Below, piece by piece: positions 57,552-64,000 of a stretch of DNA of 64,000 bases (position 1 is the first letter of the stretch; the number at the start of each line of letters is the position of its first letter). Under the pieces are notes generated by a model that saw nothing but the letters and a program-made list of their open reading frames with translations, made no database searches and had not been told where the DNA came from. A program made the position numbers and the translations under genes. The stretch lies in IMG/VR virus record IMGVR_UViG_3300001460_000004, positions 124,001 through 188,000 of that record, one strand, 5' to 3'.

Positions 57552-59454
57552 TATTCTTTTAACTGAAGGCGGTAATGTTTTTAAAGACCCTGAGGGCAAT
57601 ATTAAAACTCAGCGTATACAGCTTGCCGACATTGCCCCCACCATTAAATGGTTAGAAAACTTAACTGGATTACCATTAAGTGTTAACATGTTGGGAAGTA
57701 CCGGGCAAAAACCTTCTAGTGGTGATTTAGATTTAGCAGTTGATATTAACAAAGTCAGCAAAGAAGAACTTGACAAGACTCTTACAGATTGGCTTGTAAA
57801 GTCTGGCGTTGCTCCAGAAGATGTACATAAAAAACCCAATGGCTGGGTTATAAAGACTGGCATTAACGTACACTTCCTCACACCTATAGCCGGTAATCCT
57901 AAAAATGGTTATGTTCAAACTGATTTTATGTTTTTGCGTAAACCTGACTGGAGTAAGTTTATACTAACACAGGATCCCAACAGCGAATACAAAGGCGCAA
58001 GTCGTAATGTATTGTTAAACAGTATGGCTAAGAGCATGGGGTTGAAACTAAATCAAAATGATGGAATTATGTCACGTGAAGATAATAGACTTATTAGTGA
58101 TGATCCAGATGTTGTTGCAGAACTGTTACTAGGTAAGCCATACACTGCTCAAGACTTGATGAGTGTTGAAAAAATAATGAAAGCTCTCCAGAGTAATGGT
58201 AATCGAGACGCACTTATTGCTGATTGGCTAGCACATATGGAACGTCAAGGTACTCCATATCAAGGTGAAGTAAACGAAGATAACGAAGTAAGTTTAATGG
58301 CTAGGTTGCGTGATAGAATTATCAATCAAGGCATGAGTGTTATTACCGAAAACCCATATAATTTATATGTATTAAAAGAAGGAGCACGTATTGCACATCC
58401 TGAGGATCTAATATTTGACTTAGGTGCTGCAGGAGCAAACGATGCAATGCGGCAATTACAAGCTACTAGCGATAGTCCTACTAGTGCTACAGTTAAATGG
58501 GACGGAAAACCTGCAATTATTTTTGGTAGAGACGAAACTGGGCAGTTTATACTCACTGATAAGAGTGCATTTGTGGCAACTAAATATGATGGTATAGCAA
58601 AATCACCCAAACAGTTAGCACAAATAATGAATATGAGAAAAGGTGACAGGACTGATTTAAATAAAATGTATGCTAGTATATGGCCAAAAGTAGAAGCTAG
58701 TTTACCTCAAAACTTTAGAGGATTTGTAATGGCTGACTTGCTATACAGTAATACACCTCCTTTAAAAAATGGAAATTATATTTTTAAACCCAATACTGTA
58801 ACTTACAGTGTAAATGCAAATAGCGAATTGGGCAAACGTATTGCTGACAGTAGTGTAGGATTAGCAGTACACACTTACAAAAAAGGACCAGGTGACAGCG
58901 GAAGTCCTATACAAAGTTTAGATATAAATCCAGGTACAGGTGTTACCATATTTGGTAGCAAAGATGAAGGTATACAAAGTGCAAAATTAAATAGTGCATT
59001 ATACAAACAAACAGCCGGCATGATAAAACAACATACTTCTGGTATCAACACACTGTTTGCACCAGAGAATTTGAGAAGTAATAAAATAAGCAACTTACCC
59101 GAGCTTATGAAACAGTATGTTAATCACAGAGTACGCAGTGGGGGATTTAAAAACTTGCTCACAGATTTTGCCCCTTGGGTGCGAGCTAAAGCACCGACTA
59201 AAAGCGAACGTATACTTAAATGGGCAAATGAAAACGAAGCTGCATTCGTAGCCGTATTTGAGATATTTTTAAAGATAACCCAACTCAAAAATGATTTAGT
59301 TGCACAGTTTGATAAACAAACAAAAGACGTACAAGCAAGCTATGATACTGGTGATCGTGGCCATGAAGGGTATGTAGCAAACGATTTAAAATTTGTAGAT
59401 CGTTTTAAATTTAGTAGAGCAAACTTTGCACAAAATAATCCTGACTTAACATGA
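57541..59454 (+). CDS. Fusion of a Pol-beta-type nucleotidyltransferase and an ATP-dependent ligase-like domain
   Basis: LGS...GDLDL...QTDF; then KWDG, EGYV, LKFV (ligase motifs I, IV, V). Confidence 0.65.
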   Translation: MSSNILLTEGGNVFKDPEGNIKTQRIQLADIAPTIKWLENLTGLPLSVNMLGSTGQKPSSGDLDLAVDINKVSKEELDKTLTDWLVKSGVAPEDVHKKPNGWVIKTGINVHFLTPIAGNPKNGYVQTDFMFLRKPDWSKFILTQDPNSEYKGASRNVLLNSMAKSMGLKLNQNDGIMSREDNRLISDDPDVVAELLLGKPYTAQDLMSVEKIMKALQSNGNRDALIADWLAHMERQGTPYQGEVNEDNEVSLMARLRDRIINQGMSVITENPYNLYVLKEGARIAHPEDLIFDLGAAGANDAMRQLQATSDSPTSATVKWDGKPAIIFGRDETGQFILTDKSAFVATKYDGIAKSPKQLAQIMNMRKGDRTDLNKMYASIWPKVEASLPQNFRGFVMADLLYSNTPPLKNGNYIFKPNTVTYSVNANSELGKRIADSSVGLAVHTYKKGPGDSGSPIQSLDINPGTGVTIFGSKDEGIQSAKLNSALYKQTAGMIKQHTSGINTLFAPENLRSNKISNLPELMKQYVNHRVRSGGFKNLLTDFAPWVRAKAPTKSERILKWANENEAAFVAVFEIFLKITQLKNDLVAQFDKQTKDVQASYDTGDRGHEGYVANDLKFVDRFKFSRANFAQNNPDLT

Positions 59455-60065
59455 TACAATTAGACCGTAGCAGTCTTATTTTAACAACATATCGTACTGG
59501 AAGTACAGCCCTGTGTTCGCAACTGCAAGATAGTGGATACCACAATCACGACGAAGCATTTACGTGGGGTAAAAATGCATTTGATTTTACAGAAGCTGTT
59601 AGGAATATTGATTACAAATTTGTTGTTAAAGTTATGCCTGATCAACTCAACGATAGCATTATTGCATATCTTAATAGGTTAATTAAAACAAATCATGTAC
59701 AAGTAATTAGACTATATCGACGAGATATTGTTGCACAAATTGCTAGCATTTATATTGCAAAAAAAACAAAAAATTGGCATGTTACTGATAGAGAAGATAC
59801 AACTCAACAACAGATTGCAATTGATGATCGATTCTTAGCAGAAACAGTACACAACATGTTATCAATGTCATATAACTTAACACAATTGCCTATAGGTATT
59901 GATACACAATTAGTTTATGAAGATTTAGATTTATCTAACAGTCAGTACAAAGTAAATCCAAAACCCAATAACTACAATACAATATTAGATAAAATTCAAA
60001 CAATTATACATAATAATACAGATTTAACCAATCAATACAGTACATTTTACAGTTGGTATGAATAA
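59451..60065 (+). CDS. Stf0-like sulfotransferase
   Basis: TYRTGSTALC, RRDIVAQIAS, VYEDL. Confidence 0.75.
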   Translation: MIQLDRSSLILTTYRTGSTALCSQLQDSGYHNHDEAFTWGKNAFDFTEAVRNIDYKFVVKVMPDQLNDSIIAYLNRLIKTNHVQVIRLYRRDIVAQIASIYIAKKTKNWHVTDREDTTQQQIAIDDRFLAETVHNMLSMSYNLTQLPIGIDTQLVYEDLDLSNSQYKVNPKPNNYNTILDKIQTIIHNNTDLTNQYSTFYSWYE

Positions 60066-60134
60066 GTTTTGCTCAACTGGGCTAAATAAAAGTAGGACTT
60101 AAATTAAAGAGTCCACAAACTTAGGAGAAATACA

Positions 60135-60602
60135 ATGGCAGTTTTTAACCCGTTTAACGGTGATGCACAACCGGTAATGAACACAGACGTTCATAACGGA
60201 TCACAATCAGGTGCAATTTCATCAGCAGCATTGGTCCAAATGGACGGACCAAATCTAGACTTTTTTGGACTAACAGTTCAAAACAGTGGTAACACAGACC
60301 AAGACCTACGCAGTGAGCTAGGACTTTACAGTAGTGCAGTGTTTGATCCAGGCATTTTTGTACAAATTTTGCAAGCAATTCAAACTAAAGGCACAGTTGC
60401 TAAGTACCAAGTTGAAGCATCAGCTGGTGGAGAAGCATCTTTTGCTGTATATCCACAAGGCGCATGGACACAAGCTACACTACAAGCAGCTATCCAGGCA
60501 CTGGGTACAGTTACAGTAACTAAATCAGATGGCACAACACGTACAGTTGACGTATCTGGTTCAGACGTAACTGACACAGGATTTAAACTAGCAGCAGCAT
60601 AA
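60135..60602 (+). CDS. Stand-alone late structural protein (possible capsid decoration)
   Basis: Own TAAATA (60083), AGGAG SD and terminator; Ala/Gly/Thr-rich. Confidence 0.6.
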   Translation: MAVFNPFNGDAQPVMNTDVHNGSQSGAISSAALVQMDGPNLDFFGLTVQNSGNTDQDLRSELGLYSSAVFDPGIFVQILQAIQTKGTVAKYQVEASAGGEASFAVYPQGAWTQATLQAAIQALGTVTVTKSDGTTRTVDVSGSDVTDTGFKLAAA

Positions 60603-60623
60603 GCTAGTAATTAACTAAACTTT

Positions 60624-60654
60624 AAAGGCTCAGTTTTTACTGGGCCTTTTTTTT
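60624..60654 (+). terminator. Intrinsic terminator
   Basis: AAAGGCTCAGT-TTTT-ACTGGGCCTTT followed by a T tract. Confidence 0.85.
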
Positions 60655-60671
60655 GTGCGTTAAATACTGTT

Positions 60672-61082
60672 ATGCATACTATCACACTTTATACACGTTT
60701 TGACATCACGTATACTGGAATCAGACAACATCATAGTAAACTGATACCGACTACAGATCGCAGCGGTTATGAAATTTCTACACTGTTACAATTTAATGTT
60801 AGTCGTAGTCAACAAAGTAATTGGGAAACAATTAATCAACTTATAAGTTTACGTACATTACCGGATAACATCAAAGATCCAGTAGTGGACACAGTTGATG
60901 GTAAAAAAGTGTGGAGATTTAGCTTTGATGTATCAAATCTTGATGCAATTGGCTCAGAAGACACTCCACTTAGTATGTTAATTGGCGATTGTAAAGGTAC
61001 ACCATTTATAACGGGACTTACAGAAGAGACTTCTGATATTACTATCTCAGATAAAAACACTTGGTTTAAGATAAGTAATTGA
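60672..61082 (+). CDS. Hypothetical late protein
   Basis: TAAATA-N5-ATG. Confidence 0.7.
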   Translation: MHTITLYTRFDITYTGIRQHHSKLIPTTDRSGYEISTLLQFNVSRSQQSNWETINQLISLRTLPDNIKDPVVDTVDGKKVWRFSFDVSNLDAIGSEDTPLSMLIGDCKGTPFITGLTEETSDITISDKNTWFKISN

Positions 61083-61100
61083 ATACTATGGAGCTATAAA

Positions 61101-61370
61101 ATGGTACAAATACAATCAACTGATTTAGAAAAGAAAAACCTGGAGGCTCATGTTGATTTATGTGCCGAGAGATACAAGTACTTGGAACAAGCATTAGCTC
61201 AAACTAATGCAGACATGCAAGAATTAAAAGTTATGATGCAACAACTACATGAGTTGCAAATAGCTAGTAATTCAAAAAGCCTGGCTCGCATATGGCAAAT
61301 TGGTGGTGGAACTATTGGTACATTACTAATTATAGTTGGATATCTTTTAACAACATACGTATTGGTATAA
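61101..61370 (+). CDS. Coiled-coil + single TM protein (holin-like candidate)
   Basis: HVDLCAERY coiled coil and C-terminal hydrophobic helix. Confidence 0.55.
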   Translation: MVQIQSTDLEKKNLEAHVDLCAERYKYLEQALAQTNADMQELKVMMQQLHELQIASNSKSLARIWQIGGGTIGTLLIIVGYLLTTYVLV

Positions 61371-61375
61371 AACAC

Positions 61376-61810
61376 ATGAATAAACCTAAAGCGTTAGAAA
61401 CTTTTTTTAGCAAACATCTGGGCTCAGTGATGCATAAAATTATCCTTCCTTTGGATGATAATTGCTATCGTGTGTATAAAGAATATATTTTAACAAAAGC
61501 CGGAGCTTCAAAGGTCACTATACGCAAATCTGGGCATGATGTTCAAACATTTATTGATGCAAAAACTGCTATATCGTGGTGTGCATATGATAAGAAAAAT
61601 AATTTTGTAGATGCAAGAATGGTACTACGACTTGATAAAGATCGCCGACGTATACGAGATGATGTGTTTTTTAGTAACCAACAACTTAGAGTGTGCCCAA
61701 GCGAAGACCGCAAGTACACATTAGAACTAAAAACACAACATAAGCAACGTCTATTGGATGGTGTAGAAAACCAGATAAATAAATTCGTAGATAAAGCTAA
61801 ATACGTATAA
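61376..61810 (+). CDS. Hypothetical protein (start probably 61376, MNKPK)
   Basis: The internal ATG avoids a long overlap with the upstream gene. Confidence 0.6.
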   Translation: MNKPKALETFFSKHLGSVMHKIILPLDDNCYRVYKEYILTKAGASKVTIRKSGHDVQTFIDAKTAISWCAYDKKNNFVDARMVLRLDKDRRRIRDDVFFSNQQLRVCPSEDRKYTLELKTQHKQRLLDGVENQINKFVDKAKYV

Positions 61811-61830
61811 TATATACAAAGGAATCGATT

Positions 61831-62697
61831 ATGAAATTACACGAGTTAGATAACCCATCGCGTGTTGCAAACATTTCAAAAGTATTTGAATCACAGTATG
61901 GTGTGCCATTCAATGCAGAAAAACTTTCAACAAACAGCGCCAGGGCGTTACTTAAAAAAGTTCGTAAAACATTAGGTGAGCAACGTTCGCTAACTTCGTT
62001 TTACACTAGTCAAAACAATCCTAGTTATCTTAAACTAGTAATAATGGAACAAGCATTAGAACAGCACATTGACGAGGACGAAGGTCTTCCAATTGACATG
62101 AATGATCCAAAATTAAAACAAACCATGGACAAAGCCAAGCGTGGTTCCCAACTTAGTCCCGAAGAACAAAAAACTATGACAGCCGTTGCACTTGCACAAG
62201 GTGTTAAGAAAGAAAGTTCACATAGACAAAAACGCATGGTTAAAGAAGGTGAAATGCAAGAAGCCCAGGTGGTACTTGCAGCACAGGATTTTGTTGATCG
62301 TATCCAAGACATGATTGAAGATGTTAGCTCAATGCAATATAAAGATTTACCTGCATTAGTTGATACTATACGTGCTGATATTGGTGCTGATCAAGCTGCG
62401 GCATTTAACACTGCCTCCATTAACGGTCTTACAAGTTTGCTAGATTGTTTGCAAACCAGTAAAGTTGACCTTGAAGCTGCACAGTCTACTCTAACTGGTG
62501 ATGATGTTATTATCCCAGGTGCCGAAGATGTTGCACCAGATGTAGATGCTGAAGTAGATGCACTTGACATTGATGCAGAAGAAATTGATGTTGACGTTGA
62601 TACTGACGGAGATGTTGCAGATATGGATGACACCGAAACAGTTGATGTTGATATTGACATTGACGATGTACAAGACGTTGGTAGAGAACGGAGGTAA
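61831..62697 (+). CDS. Acidic prohead core/scaffold-like protein
   Basis: Helical core with xxE sites and a long Asp-rich tail; TAAATA upstream. Confidence 0.55.
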   Translation: MKLHELDNPSRVANISKVFESQYGVPFNAEKLSTNSARALLKKVRKTLGEQRSLTSFYTSQNNPSYLKLVIMEQALEQHIDEDEGLPIDMNDPKLKQTMDKAKRGSQLSPEEQKTMTAVALAQGVKKESSHRQKRMVKEGEMQEAQVVLAAQDFVDRIQDMIEDVSSMQYKDLPALVDTIRADIGADQAAAFNTASINGLTSLLDCLQTSKVDLEAAQSTLTGDDVIIPGAEDVAPDVDAEVDALDIDAEEIDVDVDTDGDVADMDDTETVDVDIDIDDVQDVGRERR

Positions 62698-62703
62698 ACT
62701 TCA

Positions 62704-63036
62704 GTGTTTGCTCGTGAGATACTTGAAACTACATCAACAGAAGTAGAACAGTTAGCAGCTATCACTCGATTCCTGATAGGTAGAGCTGACGATGAAATGG
62801 CTGAGAAAAAAATCTCAGTTGACGTATTGATTTCACTAGCAAATGATTTTGGACTTCCTATAAACAAAAGACAATTGCGTGACTTATCCCAAAAACCTCC
62901 AATGGATAGCTTTATTCAAAAAATCACCAATGATGAAATTTTCTTTACTGGAGCAACACAAGATATGGATGATAACATGGATATTGATAAAGCTAGAGAT
63001 ACTGTAAAGAAGATGGCCAAACGTGCAGCAAAGTAA
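62704..63036 (+). CDS. Hypothetical protein (MFAREILE N-terminus)
   Basis: 110-aa ORF, GGAGG SD. Confidence 0.65.
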   Translation: MFAREILETTSTEVEQLAAITRFLIGRADDEMAEKKISVDVLISLANDFGLPINKRQLRDLSQKPPMDSFIQKITNDEIFFTGATQDMDDNMDIDKARDTVKKMAKRAAK

Positions 63037-63047
63037 TATTTGCAAAA

Positions 63048-63665
63048 ATGTTTCAAAAATATCAGCTTACCCCAACTAACTTAGAACACGATTATCTTTG
63101 GTATAATAACAATTGCGGATGGGTAAGTGTTCCTAAAAATGCAAATATGATGATTCGTAATATTTGCGAACATTTCAACATGGATTATAAATTAAAATCT
63201 GTAGCAGAACGTCCTGTTGAAATGTTTTGTGTTGTACGCAATCCATGGCTGCGTTTTGTAAGTGGCATGGCGGAGTGCTTGTATCGACGGCACAACGGAA
63301 CTACTCGCACAAGTATGAATGAGTTGCTGTTAGCAATAGATCAATTTTACGAAGAGCCACATTTGTTTGATGAACATTTAGAACCGCAAATTGCATATGT
63401 ACACGGGTATACTTTTACTAAAATTGTAAAATTTGAAAACTTACTAAATGACTTATTAAAAGTTGAGTATTTAAACAAGGACAAATACTTAGTAGCAAGA
63501 TATACAAACCCTAGTTTAACACAAGTGAGTAAATACTTTAACAGTATACATCAAGTTGTCAAACAACATGAATTATTAATTAATAAAGTAATTGAAAAGT
63601 ATTATGCACGTGATTATGAAATATGGCTTTGCCCGCCAGAATACGAAAACAAACTTATAACTTAA
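63048..63665 (+). CDS. Sulfotransferase family 2-like protein
   Basis: VPKNAN, VRNPWLRFVSG, HLEPQ, KFENL, YARDYE. Confidence 0.75.
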   Translation: MFQKYQLTPTNLEHDYLWYNNNCGWVSVPKNANMMIRNICEHFNMDYKLKSVAERPVEMFCVVRNPWLRFVSGMAECLYRRHNGTTRTSMNELLLAIDQFYEEPHLFDEHLEPQIAYVHGYTFTKIVKFENLLNDLLKVEYLNKDKYLVARYTNPSLTQVSKYFNSIHQVVKQHELLINKVIEKYYARDYEIWLCPPEYENKLIT

Positions 63666-63675
63666 AGGAGCACAC

Positions 63676-64000
63676 ATGTTTAAATTTACTAAGCCAGCAT
63701 TATCGAGAATAGTTAATGCTATTGAAGGCACTGACTACAAAGGTATTTTTGTAGATATTAAAAAAAGTGGTTGCACTGGATATAGATATGTGTTACAATA
63801 TGTAGATACAGTTGATGCAGAATGGAGTAAAAGCACTTCGGATGGCATTGACATTTATTGTGATAAAACACAATATTTTATTAATACTACTATTGACTAT
63901 AAAAGTGATATCTTTAAGGAAGGTTTTGAATTTGTTAATCCTAATGAAAGTGCCCAATGTGGCTGTGGGGAGAGTGTAAACTTTGATATCCCATCGCTAC
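63676..64000 (+). CDS. A-type Fe-S carrier (IscA/SufA/HesB family), runs off the right edge
   Basis: Hand translation MFKFTKPA...KKSGCTGYRY...IDY...FEFVNPNESAQCGCGES; AAGGAG SD; absent from the ORF track. Confidence 0.9.
   Translation, partial: MFKFTKPALSRIVNAIEGTDYKGIFVDIKKSGCTGYRYVLQYVDTVDAEWSKSTSDGIDIYCDKTQYFINTTIDYKSDIFKEGFEFVNPNESAQCGCGESVNFDIPSL

Noticed and set aside
2391-62867. Numerous 60-190 aa ORFs antisense to or nested in long genes (e.g. 2391-2963, 52050-52433, 62391-62867)
   Set aside because: Fully overlap well-supported genes and lack motifs or expression signals; treated as shadow ORFs
1-64000. Alternative genetic code (stop-codon recoding) as in some large phages
   Set aside because: Core genes are full length in the standard code, and TAA, TAG and TGA all act as stops at gene junctions

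Overview
AT-rich (roughly one-third GC, estimated by eye), gene-dense segment of a large T4-like (myovirus-type) bacteriophage genome. No rRNA, tRNA or CRISPR array was recognised. Core genes: neck, tail sheath, tail tube, head-completion nuclease, terminase, gp32-like SSB, UvsX/UvsY/UvsW, primase, replicative helicase, dNMP kinase, DEDD exonuclease and a very small DnaE-like (family C polymerase) protein. Interleaved between them is a large set of accessory modification enzymes: 5 radical SAM proteins (1 cobalamin-binding, 4 paralogues with an N-terminal Cys cluster), about 5 sulfotransferase-like, 3 SGNH-like, 4 methyltransferases, several glycosyltransferase/KpsS-like proteins, an SDR, a 2OG-Fe(II)-like oxygenase, and an IscA/SufA Fe-S carrier at the right edge. 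DUF1127, zf-CHCC and SleB-type genes suggest an alphaproteobacterial host (inference). Non-coding signals read directly from the sequence: a recurrent TAA(A/G)TA-N5-ATG leaderless late-promoter architecture (8 cases), a triple hairpin+TAGGCAA array in the SSB leader, an RBS-occluding hairpin before the neck gene, IHF-consensus sites at early promoters, and a structured 3' UTR with an anti-SD loop. All functional calls come from motif recognition by eye, not from database searches.
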